Shown here: positions 53,441 to 64,000 of the stretch, piece after piece
Layout: every line of letters starts with the position of its first letter
Position numbering within the stretch: the stretch's first letter is position 1
DNA from: Octopus vulgaris
Taxonomy: Eukaryota
Reading direction: 5' to 3'
Length of the DNA: 64,000 nt
Assembly: GCA_951406725.2 (NCBI GenBank)
Contig: OX597819.1
Location: 105,152,001 to 105,216,000 of the forward strand
Made by a program: the position numbers and the translations under genes
Notes under the pieces: generated by a model
What the model was told of the DNA's origin: nothing
The model's database searches: none
Seen by the model: only the letters and a program-made list of their open reading frames with translations

Positions 53441-53519
53441 TTTTCTAACACTTCTCTCTGCTATAGATATCTTCTACTTTTTTTCTAACACTTCTCACTG
53501 CTATAGATATCTTCTACTT
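53441..53519. repeat. 40-bp tandem duplication
   Basis: ttttctaacacttctc(t/a)ctgctatagatatcttctactt, two copies. Confidence 0.9.
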
Positions 53520-55129
53520 CAGCATGTGGTGTTTTCACTCAGCTGATGTCATCCTTTTACATTCATGTGTGGTCGTCAGTGCTATCTGTACACATTGACT
53601 GATAATTTTAATTAAGTTGCTCTTTCAGCTTGGGTTTACCATTTCATTCAAGATGGTAGCACTGAATATCTGATAGATATACATAAAAGAAACATTTCAG
53701 AAAATGTTCCTTTTCTTGTTAAATAAATATTGTTAGAAATCTTTTCTCAATTTCCAGAATTCTTTTATTTTTGACCTTAGCTTTAAAAGATTAATTAAAA
53801 TACATAGGTACAGGTATAGCTGTGTAGGTAAGAAGTTTGCTTACCAACCGCATGGCTTTGGGTTCAGTCCCACTGTGTGGCACCTTAGGTAATTGTCTTT
53901 TACTATAGACTTAGGCTGACCAAAGTCTGGTGAGTGGATTTAGTAGATGAAGCTAAAAGTAGCCTGTTGTGCGTGTATGCATTGGGCTGCCCAGAGCCTT
54001 GTGAGTGGAGTTGGTAGAGAGTAACTGAAACAAGTCCCTCGTATTTGTGTGTAATTGTCTCTTTGTAAACAAATTTATTGTCATACAAGCTGTGTTCTTT
54101 GTTTCTAATCTGTGAAATCATGTCGAGTGATGGGGAAATATTACCTTATTTGGAAACAGGAATGGCATCCGGCTGAAGAAAACCTCTCTCAACAAATTCC
54201 TTCTAACCCACGCAACATTAAAATAATGGTGATAATGATTTTATATGTGTGTGTGTATGTGTACATGTGTATTCAGTATTGTGCATTGAAAGCTTCTTTA
54301 CTATTATACATGTCATCTCACAGCAAGATTATTTTCAAGATTAGATCAGCATGTGGAACTCCACTATTGTATAGGATTAATGTAAGAATTACTATAATAC
54401 AAAGATGGGGAAAACAAAACAAAAATTAAAAAAAAAACAGGCATTTAGAAGAAAGACTCAGCAATTTATAGCTAGCATCAAGTGCAGAAACAAATGTTGT
54501 AATTTGCAATTAAAACTTTTTTTTCCCATCTTCGTGTTATATGAATTAACATATATGTGTGTGTGTGCTTGTGCTTCCTGATTTTGGTATCCTGTGATAA
54601 TTGGTAAACGTGTTATCATCATAATACCAGTAGGCTCATACATTTCCAATCTTCCATGTAAACTTATCCAGTTATAGGGAAATATTACCTTGTTTGGAAA
54701 CCAGTGAGGGTTTGGTGACAGGAAGGGCTTCACACCCATGGGAAAAAAGATCTGCCTCAACAAATTCCACCAGACCCATGCAGATATGGAAAAGTGAATA
54801 TTAAAGCAACCATAACAATGAAACGCACAATTGAAAGAAATATTGACTTATTTGCAAAACTATACCAACATTTGAAGACTAACAATACATCATAAAATGT
54901 GTGTCTCTTGATATGAACCATGTGTTTCAATGTAATTTTGTAGGTATTTGGTAAGCCCTATTTTTCCCCCCTTCCACTTGGTAGTAACCTTCTCTTTTTT
55001 TTTTTTTTTTTTTTGTGTTACCCATATTTTACAAAATAGTTTCTCTCCTTCCCCGCCATAATCTTTTCATAGAATTATAACTATTTTCTTTTTCCAAACT
55101 GAGTGTTAAGTCTCCCCAACCACAAAGCT

Positions 55130-55140
55130 CCACCACCACC

Positions 55141-55184
<44 letters not shown>

Positions 55185-55540
55185 GGTTGCTGCCACCATC
55201 ACTTCTACTATAACCACTATCATCTTTAACTTCTACTGCTGTCATCCCTACTACCACCCAATTGTCATTACAATTATCATTACCCTCATAAATATCCACC
55301 ATGACCACTACCATTACAATCACCACTACTAATATACCATCATTATCAACTACTACCATTGCAATCACTACTACTACTACTACTACTACTACCTCCACCA
55401 TCAACACCACCACTTCTACCACCTCACTACTATCATCACCACTACTACTATTACTACTGTCACCACCACTACCATCACTACCACAACTATCACACCACCA
55501 TCACCACAGGCAGCTATCATCACTACCATTACCATCTTTT
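55130..55540. repeat. (CAC)n/(TAC)n low-complexity tract
   Basis: Explains the poly-V, poly-T and poly-H ORFs; similar tracts at about 26060-26270, 39100-39310 and 40050-40200. Confidence 0.9.
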
Positions 55541-56410
55541 CTCTGTGTGATAATAACCTTTATTTTTCCCAGCAGTTTCAAATATACTGGTGTGTTGTAT
55601 ATGATTACTTACTTTCATAGTATTTAATTTCAACAAAGCTGATCTTATCAACCCATTTATTATAGTTTTCAGTGATACACATTTTCCAATGATAACATTC
55701 TTCACTCATGATTTTTGATATTTCTAATGTGGCAAAAAATTTACAAGAGCATCTCAAGGGCTGAAAGTTTCAAGTTTCCTACGTGGCACTTAATGAAACT
55801 GTCAGTTTGATAAGTTTCCTGCGTGAAGATCTCCTGAGACATTGAGCCACTTTTATCACTTTCTGTTGAATAGAAATGATAAAGAATAATATTCACACAG
55901 TGTGATACGTTGCACAAATGTCTTATCAATAGCCTTGGGCCAACAGATGTCTTGTGAGTGGATTTGGTACATGGAAAATTGAAAGAAGCCTGTTGTATAC
56001 AAGTGTATATATATATGTCTGTGTGTTTGCTTGTGTTTGTTCTCTACCTCTGCTTGACAGTGTTGGTTTGTTTATTTCCCTGTAATTTAGGGTTCAACAA
56101 AAATAGACTGAAAAAATAATTACTTGACTTAAAAATAAGTACTAGGGTTGACTTGTTTGATTAACCCTCTTCAGGGTAGCGCCCCCACCAATGATTGCTG
56201 TCTAATGACTGAAACAAATGAAAGATAAAGATAAAAGAAGGTACTCACATACTGAGATCTATTTACCTCTTTTCAGTAAAATTCACCATATCCACTTACA
56301 AAGCTGACCAAAGCCTAGTAAGTGGACTTATTTTACCGAAACAAAGAAGCTCATAGTGTGTGTACATATACGTGTATATATACTAGCAATGCATATATAT
56401 ATTTTTTTTC

Positions 56411-56612
56411 AATCTGACTGCGTGTGTATCGTTGATGATTTTCTTTCTCTGTCTTCCCTTCTTTGGACTTTTTCTATATTTCTGATGAAGAGCTCCGCTT
56501 GAAATGTGAAATCCTCTTTCTTTTCTTTCCTTTCCTGAGCGTCCAATAATACAGTACTTGTAGCATGTCCTTACATTGTTGTTTTTCTTGCTGGTTCTTG
56601 TTTGGATTGACT
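56411..56612 (+). mobile_element. PLE or retrozyme-like fragment, family 1, with hammerhead motif at 56478-56512
   Basis: AUUU-CUGAUGA-A-GAGC-ucc-GCUU-GAAA-U-GUG-AAAU; homologous to 2432-2647. Confidence 0.72.
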
Positions 56613-56633
56613 ATACAAACACACACACACACA

Positions 56634-56780
56634 CTAGCAGTGCACCCTAGCATTGCCCGGGTGTTATGACCTACAACCAAATTGTATTATCTGTTCTTTT
56701 CTTATGGCAGAATTGGCGCACAAGTATGAAGTAAACAACTTTTCTTTGTAAACATGTTTTTCAGTCATTTTCTGATGAAC
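56634..56780 (-). mobile_element. Helitron 3' terminus
   Basis: The minus strand ends cccgggcaatgctagggtgcactgCTAG|t (imperfect hairpin plus CTAG); internal extent uncertain. Confidence 0.65.
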
Positions 56781-56974
56781 AATACTGCAGTTTCTGTCTA
56801 CCAAATTCAGTCATAAGTCTGTGGTTGGCCTAGGGCTATAGTAGAAAACACTTGCTTAAGGCATATTGCAGAGGGACTGAACATGGATATAGGGCAAAGA
56901 ATTATATATATATATATCACGCGATCACGTGACCGACCAGTCCATCAGACACATCGCTGGTCACAATGCCCGGA

Positions 56975-57205
56975 ATGGCGCATGTCTGTGCCTTCACTAC
57001 AAGCTTCTCCACAACACATTCTCACCTTTTCTAAATAGCTATGAGAAATTTATTTCTCCTAGTCAATGGGGAGGCAGGGAAGTGGTGGTCTTGTTCAGAA
57101 AAAACTTGGATGTACAGATAAGTACAGTCTTTCCGGACCCAGAAGGTAGGCTGGTTGTCCTAGGTGTGATACATGCAAGTAAGCAGTTCCTCAGGTTGGT
57201 AGCTG

Positions 57206-57210
<5 letters not shown>
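56975..57210 (+). mobile_element. L1/Tx1-like APE endonuclease fragment
   Basis: GGREVVVLFRKNLDVQISTVFPDPEGRLVVLGV...LRLVAV; truncated at (TA)n. Confidence 0.7.
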
Positions 57211-57244
<34 letters not shown>

Positions 57245-57245
<1 letters not shown>

Positions 57246-57367
57246 GTTCTGTATTTAAGAGATGAGGAATTATGTACATTATTTACATTAGACAGATATT
57301 TGTCCTCGTCTTGTTTGTCGTAAACACAATGTTTTGGCTGATATACCCTCCAGCCTTCATCAGGTGT
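57245..57367 (-). mobile_element. PLE-like fragment, family 4, with decayed hammerhead at 57324-57367
   Basis: ACAC-CUGAUGA-A-GGCUG-gaggguauau-CAGCC-aAAA-C-aUU-GUGU. Confidence 0.68.
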
Positions 57368-57543
57368 ATGATGATGATGATGATGATGACGACGACGACG
57401 ACGTCGTCCTCCTTCTTCTCCTCCTCCTTCTTCTTCTTCTTCTTCAGATCACTGCTTGGAATCGAACTCAGAACGTTGGGGGTTAGTGGTTAAGACCATA
57501 AAGGGTTAACTGACAGCAAATCATTTCAGTTTTCTCTCTCAGT

Positions 57544-57756
57544 TTAACCCTTTGTCAATTGTATTGCATATTTATTCTCATTGTTTTGAATTAATCATGC
57601 ATTATCTGGTAGCTTCAAGAATTTGATGATGTGATTGTATATTTTTAGAATGACATTGTATGGTAGGCATGAGGTGTTGATCTGGTCAGTTTTAGCATAA
57701 GACACATGCATAGAATATTTGGGCCAATTATGGTCAATTTAAATGCTAAAGGTTTC
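57544..57756. mobile_element. Degenerate copy of the piggyBac MITE at 17125
   Basis: ttaaccctttg...ttgttttgaattaatcatgcattatc...aaatgctaaagg. Confidence 0.75.
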
Positions 57757-60169
57757 AAGATATATGTAACTAAATAATGAGCAATAACTGATTATTTATA
57801 CTTCTCACTGCAGTCTTTTAAAAATTTGAATATAATGCATGGATCAACACTAACTTTGTAGACACCCTGGAGTCCTTGGTTTCCAGGTTGGGAACTGCTG
57901 ACATAAAGAGTCTTCTACATGTTATGTAATTATAATTATCTTGTGATGCTCAGGAAACCATAGTACTTCATTTGAAAAATACTGTGTTAGCATTTAGTTG
58001 AGTGATGGAGGGAAACAAATCTTGACTGGAAGTGAATTCCGGAAGGATAAAATTCTGGTGAAAAATGTGTACTGAAAGTAATTAGTGCATTTGTATGAAA
58101 TGGAATTTAATTGCATATATTTGAGAGTTGGCATTTTCGGAATAAAAATGGTAAAAAACTCAGCTTGGTATTGAAGTGATTGTTGTCTTGGTAGAGAGTG
58201 TTAATGGCTTGAGCATTTTTCTAGTGCTGGCTTTAATGACATTGGGGTTTCAATTTTCATCAGTTCTCTCTCTCTCTCTTACTCACACTTTCTGCTTTCT
58301 CTTTCTTTTTTTTTTTCTCTCTTCCCTCACACACACTTCTTTGTGATTTTCATGTTATTTCAAGACCATACCTACCATGGTTTTTTTGTATTTCTTTTTC
58401 ATCTCATTAATGTAATTAATTAATTTGATGTAGAAGAAGGAAAGGAAATGTAATATCAGCCTCAATACTCCACCACCTCAAAAAAAAAAAAAAAAGATAA
58501 AAAGGTTTGAAATAGAGGCGAGAAACGAAACTAATTAAGATCAAGCCAGATTAATGTTATCTTTGCATGCACACACACACACACACACACTGACACACAG
58601 CTTTGACTGGTGATAAACAGTGTACAAAAAATTAATGACTGAAAAACATTGAAGCCAATTATCTTTGATGTTTAATAGTTCTAATATTGGTTAATATAAG
58701 TACACTCACTCCAGGTCAATTCTAGTCTCTCGTTGAGATCAGACATCATATCAGAAGTTTGTGTGTTCTTTAATCCTCTCTCAAGTCCTTCTTCTCCAGA
58801 TTCTGTAACTCAGGAGATGTGAAATTATTGACTGCTTTCGTAGCTCTAAGACACAACTTCTGTAGTGAGGAGTAAGTACATATATACATACATATATACA
58901 TATGGTTTTGATTTTATTTTATCATATTTTCTTGCTACCAGTGTCTTTCTGCAAGAAATCCATGCTACCATTTTATTTATTTGATGCTGTTGCTTGTAAT
59001 TGTCTCCAGTAAACCTGGAGTAGACAACCAACAATCGTGTCAGACACATGGTGCCTAACTGACAGAAAGGCTAATTCTATTTTTATTTCCACTTCTGACT
59101 AAAAGCAAAACAGACATAATACAAAGACCTCAAACTGGCCTAATTGCTAAAACTGTTTGAGATATTTTGTTTCTATGTCTGGATGGTGACGATGATGACA
59201 TAGGAATGATTAAGTAGTTTTGCTTTTTCATTTATTTTTCACCCCAAAATATTTTAAATAAACCAAGAATATACCATGAGTCATCTATTTTTAAAAATAA
59301 ATGTCTCTGTCAATTCTTTAGTCTTGTTTTCTTAATTTGTATTGTCTTGCTGCATATTCCATGTTAATAAAATGTAGTTTAAAGGCAAACAAACAAATAA
59401 CAAAAAAAAAGAAGAAACTAAAAAATGGTCATAAATTAATCTTTTCTGTTTTTAGATTTCAATTTAAATTGCTCATTGTGTGCTTGCTTGCTAAAGATAG
59501 CCAATGATCCATTCTTAAGAATATATTCTTTTGTGTCAGTATTTTTTATTTGTTCTTGACAACATGGAATTCATTATGCTATTCCACAAAAGTGACAAAA
59601 CAAAACTCTACAGATCTTCTATTTCAGAACATCCAGTGGCCATGTCCATGGATAAATTATTGCTTTCTAATAAATATATCTTTGAATGATATTACCAATC
59701 TTCCTATTTCTCTATCTAACTATCTATTTCTCTACTTTTCTCTCCACACACATGTGCACACACAGACATGCACACACAAGGAGACAGAGGTGCATACATA
59801 TACAATACGCGCTCATATACACATACATAAAAAAACACAAACATGCAGAATACATACATACAGATGCACACATATATACATATGCATACACACACATATA
59901 TATACACATGCATACATACATACATGCACACATATATGCATAGACACATACACAAACACTGACCCACACACATGTGCACAAACAAACAAAAAGGAATGCT
60001 CTGTAAATAACGGACAGAGTCAAGACTATTGAAAAGGTTGTAAGACATAACGAAAATTTTAGGAAAATAAAAATAGGAAATAAGTGGAAACTTTACCAGT
60101 GAGTGTGTTAAATTATAAGGCACAAAAAGAAATAAAAAGAAATATATAAAATATATGTATGTATGTATG

Positions 60170-60216
<47 letters not shown>

Positions 60217-60258
60217 ATATATATATGTATGCTTGTGTGTGTGTGTATTTATATTATA

Positions 60259-60415
60259 TAGGAGTGTCGGTGTGGTAGTAGCTTGTTTACGAACCACATG
60301 GTTCCGGGTTCAGTGCCACTGTGTGGCACCTTGAGCAAGTGTCTTCTGCTATAGTCTCGGGCCGGCCAAAGCCTTGTGAGTGGATTTGGTAGACGGAGAC
60401 TGAAAGAAACTTGTC

Positions 60416-60451
<36 letters not shown>

Positions 60452-60700
60452 GGCCATGCTGGAGCACCACCTTTATTCTTTGTATGCCTAGTGCATATTC
60501 TATCGGTCTCTTTTGCCAAACCGCTAAGTTATAGGGATGTAAACACATCAGCATCGGTTGTCAAGTGATGTTGTGGGGTCAAACACAGACACACAAACAT
60601 ATACACACACACACATATATATATGTATGTATATATCATGATGATGATGATGATATATACTCATATATATGTATGTGTGTCTGTGTTTGTCCCCCCATAA
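60259..60700. mobile_element. CORE-SINE head (+) with an antisense tail-A fragment (60451-60610) in its linker
   Basis: Head at 60259-60420; the sense tail start resumes near 60670. Confidence 0.75.
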
Positions 60701-61322
60701 GTATATGTGTGTGTGTGTGAGGGTTAGTTTATTGCTAACTGTTACTCTTTTATGCTTCTATTTTTTTCATTACAATCCTTAACTTGGATTATTGGATTAG
60801 CATGTTGTTGGGAACAACATTCCTGAGAATTTCTGAGAAATCTTGAGAAATTCTAGTCCATGTTTGTATTGAAATGTTACACAGCAACTTTGTTATTCTC
60901 CTTCCCCTCACTCACTCTATCTCTCTCTCTCTCTATCTTTCTGTCCCCTCCCTCCCTCCCTTCAATTCTCTTCCTATACAACTGTGGATAAGCTGTTAAG
61001 TTATATCATTTTCATAGTCGTTTCTGTTGTTCGCTGTTCTTCATTCATCTTCTCTTCTAGAACCATAGTGCTAACAATTGTAATTAAGTCCACATGGTTG
61101 GTTCTTCTCTTATTGGTCCAAGGACACAGAAGGAATTCGGCTAAACACTCTGCTAAAAGAACAACCTGCTCTACTTTAGAACAAGCTCCTGCTTCCAGCT
61201 CTGTGGACCGTTTCAAATGACAGCTGACTCTCTTGAACTATGGACACCCCACCTCCTGTGCCATATCAAGCTTCTGTTAATGATGTTATTCTTGTAAAGT
61301 TTCATAAAATTATCCTTTATTG

Positions 61323-61780
61323 TTTTACTTTTTGCAGTCATTGGACTGTGGCCATGCTGGGGCACCACTTCGAAGGATTTAGTCAAACAAAACCTACCCC
61401 AGCACTTATTTTTAATTCTGGCACTTTATTCTATTGGTCTCTTTTACTGAGCCACTAAGTTATAGTAATGTAAACTAACCAACACTAATTGTCACTCGGT
61501 GGTGGTGGTGGTGGGGACAAACACATACACAAAGATGCACATAGACATATATAATTTCTTACTTCTACTTGTTTCAGTCATTTGACTGTGGCCATGCTAG
61601 AGCACTGTCTTGAAGGGTTTTAGTAGAAAAATATCTACCCCAGGACTTATTTTATTAAAAGCCTAGTACTTATTTTATTGGTTCTTTTGCTGAACCACAA
61701 AGTTATATGGACATAAACACACCAACACCAGTTGTCAAGTGGCGATGGGGCAACAAACACAGACAGAAAGATACACACAC
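61323..61780 (-). mobile_element. Two tandem SINE tail-A fragments
   Basis: cagtcatt(g/t)gactgtggccatgct at about 61336 and 61575. Confidence 0.8.
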
Positions 61781-61932
61781 ATTTTTTAAATTCATTTATG
61801 GCAACATTAAGGGTATGCAAATTTCATTATGCCTGCTACCATCTAATGATACTGGCCAGTGAGTCAGTTTTTCAAGGTTGCATCATGGTTATAGCGATAT
61901 AATGTAGGATATATATATATAATAAATACCAG

Positions 61933-63224
61933 AATTTTAGGATAAAATTTATAAATATTTAATGCATCACTATTCATGTTTCCACAAATCACATGACTTT
62001 AACATCGGAGTCTGTATCCTTGACATAATTACAGTATAGTTCATATTATCCATGGGCATCTGGTTGATCATCGTCATTGATTCATTTCATCAGGCATTAG
62101 ACACTGCATTAGTAGATGAATCACAGAGGGGTGTTTATCCCTTCTTGCCAGTATGAAGGCCAATCTAGCTATGGGAGTATTTCTGTGTGTACTTGGTAGG
62201 GGGAGGTAGGTGATGCTGGTAGAGAAAGGAATGGTAGTGATATGGGGATGGAGGTGTGTGTGTGGTGGTGTTGGATTTATTTGCTATTCATTCTGCAGAT
62301 TTTAAGGATGATCATTCATTCAGCAGATTTAAGAATGGTAGTACATTTCTTTGTTCTATTTCATTCTTTTCTACTCTAGGCACAAGGCGCGAAATTTTTG
62401 CAATTGGGGCCAGTCGATTACATCGACCCCAGTACGCAACTGGTACTTAATTTATCGACCCTGAAAGGATGAAAGGCAAAGTTGACCTTGGCAGAATTTG
62501 AACTCAGAACGTAAAGAGCGGCAAGTGGGCAGAAACGTTAGCACGCTGGGTGAAATGCGTAGCCGTATTTCGTCTGCCGTTACGTTCTGAGTTCAAATTC
62601 CGCTGAGGTCGACTTTGCCTTTCATCCTTTCGGGGTGGATAAATTAAGTACCAGTTACGCACTGGGGTCGATGTAATCGACTTGATCCGTATGTTTGTCC
62701 TTGTTTGTCTTCTCTGTGTGTAGCCCCTTGTGGGCAGTAAAGAAATAAGGACATAAAGAGAGATGAAATACTGCTAAGCATTTCTGCCAGCTCGCAGCCT
62801 TTGTTCTATTTCATTCATAAGGTGACTCTCCTCGATAAATTCTGAACCCAACAGGTGGTCAGCTACTATACATTGGAATTTGTTGACAGAATTGATTAAC
62901 ACTACCTTCTTATGGTGACTTTACCCCTTTTTGTTGTTATAGTGTGTATCATTTTAAACATTGGTATGTTCTTTTATTTGTTTGGGTTCCTTCACTGTTC
63001 TATAATTTGTTACTTCCTTTCAAAATATCTTTTTCAAATTCCATGAATGATATGCAGTATCACATAATGAAATGAATCAATGATGATGATCAACCAGGTG
63101 CCCACAGATACTATGAACTATACTGTAATCATCCCAAATATATAGACTCTGATGTTAAAGTCATGTGACTTGTGGAAACGCACATAGCAATGTATTAAAT
63201 TTTTATAAATTCTATCCTTAAATT
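61933..63224. mobile_element. Element bounded by 158-bp inverted repeats, flanked by TA-rich sequence
   Basis: 61933-62090 versus the reverse complement of 63067-63224, about 85% identical by hand alignment. Confidence 0.8.
62367..62798. mobile_element. Meta-SINE (-) containing a second Meta-SINE (+, 62519-62750)
   Basis: Outer TSD ctttgttctatttcattc at 62349-62366 / 62799-62816; inner TSD ac(g/a)taaagag at 62509-62518 / 62751-62760. Confidence 0.9.
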
Positions 63225-63252
63225 GTTGCTGCTGCTGCTGCTGTTGTTGTTG

Positions 63253-63284
<32 letters not shown>

Positions 63285-63441
63285 AATATACACACACATA
63301 CACACAAGACTTCTTTCAGTTTTTGTCTACCAAATCCACTCACAAGGCCTTGGTTTTAAATTTATGGCAAGGGTACCTAGATTTATAGAAAAATTAGTTT
63401 GAGGTATATTTTGACATGATCCTGCAAAAATGTATGGTTAA

Positions 63442-63668
63442 ACCCTTTAGCATTCAGATTATTTGGTCAAATATAATCCGTTTTTTATTCACATTCTAAA
63501 AAATTAATCCTGCATTAGCTTCTAGCTTCAAGATTTCAAAGATGTGGTTGTTCATCTTTTAGCATGATATTGCAGGGTAGGTGTGAGAGGTCAGATCTGA
63601 CCAGTTTGAACATAAAACAGGTAGAATATTTGGGCCTAATATGGCCACTTTGAATGCTAAAAAAGTTA
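63442..63668. mobile_element. Third copy of the piggyBac MITE family
   Basis: ccctttagcatt...gaacataaaacagg...aatgctaaaaaagttaa. Confidence 0.78.
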
Positions 63669-63885
63669 AGAGCTGGAAGTCCTTTCTAACACAGAAGCTA
63701 GGTGAGTTTCTGACCCAAACTAAAATTTCTCATACAAAATGGATGTTAGAGACTCCAATTTTCTATCAAGCTCCTACTACAATTGCTCTTGTATTTATGC
63801 ACTTCTAATCTATATGATTAAACAGCATATGCTGTCACCTCAGCTGAATTCCTATGCTTAAAAGTGTTCCAACCATGATTACCCT

Positions 63886-64000
63886 AAGGGCATCCAGCCG
63901 TAGAAACATTGCCAGATCAGACTGGGCCTGGTGCAGCCTTCTGGCTTCCCAGACCCCAGTTGAAACCATCCAACCTATGCCAGCATGGAAAGTGGACGCT
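63886..64000 (+). mobile_element. RTE 3'-end element running off the window
   Basis: aagggcatccagccgtagaaac...cagcatggaaagtggacgct. Confidence 0.85.

Noticed and set aside
58240-58268. Minus-strand CUGAUGA-AAAUU-GAAA
   Set aside because: No helix I or III; a chance match in AT-rich DNA
707-62450. Most ORFs in the supplied track (poly-SL, CV, YI, HT, poly-V/T/H and SINE-derived peptides)
   Set aside because: They are translations of microsatellites and SINE or LINE UTRs, with no domain motifs or splice support

Overview
This is AT-rich, microsatellite-dense eukaryotic DNA. The SINE and LINE families point to an octopus (cephalopod) genome; that assignment is an inference. The only host coding sequence I can support is one 99-nt internal exon (26294-26392, +) of a polypeptide GalNAc-transferase, most like GALNT2/pgant2, so the rest of the window is probably two very long introns. 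These are filled with tRNA-derived SINEs (a CORE-type family with two alternative tails, a Meta-domain family and a third family), RTE and L1/Tx1 LINE fragments, hAT and piggyBac MITEs with clean target-site duplications (TSDs), Helitron-like ends, foldback elements and tandem repeats. The most interesting signal is six type I hammerhead-ribozyme (HHR) motifs from about four families, in short, mostly (TA)n-associated elements resembling Penelope-like pLTRs or retrozymes. One has a complete catalytic core, and one family shares a non-canonical U at position 6. Long, near-perfect hairpins embedded in TA tracts also occur. Nearly all ORFs in the supplied track are microsatellite or repeat artefacts. 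All alignments and folds were done by eye; repeat boundaries are approximate unless a TSD is given.
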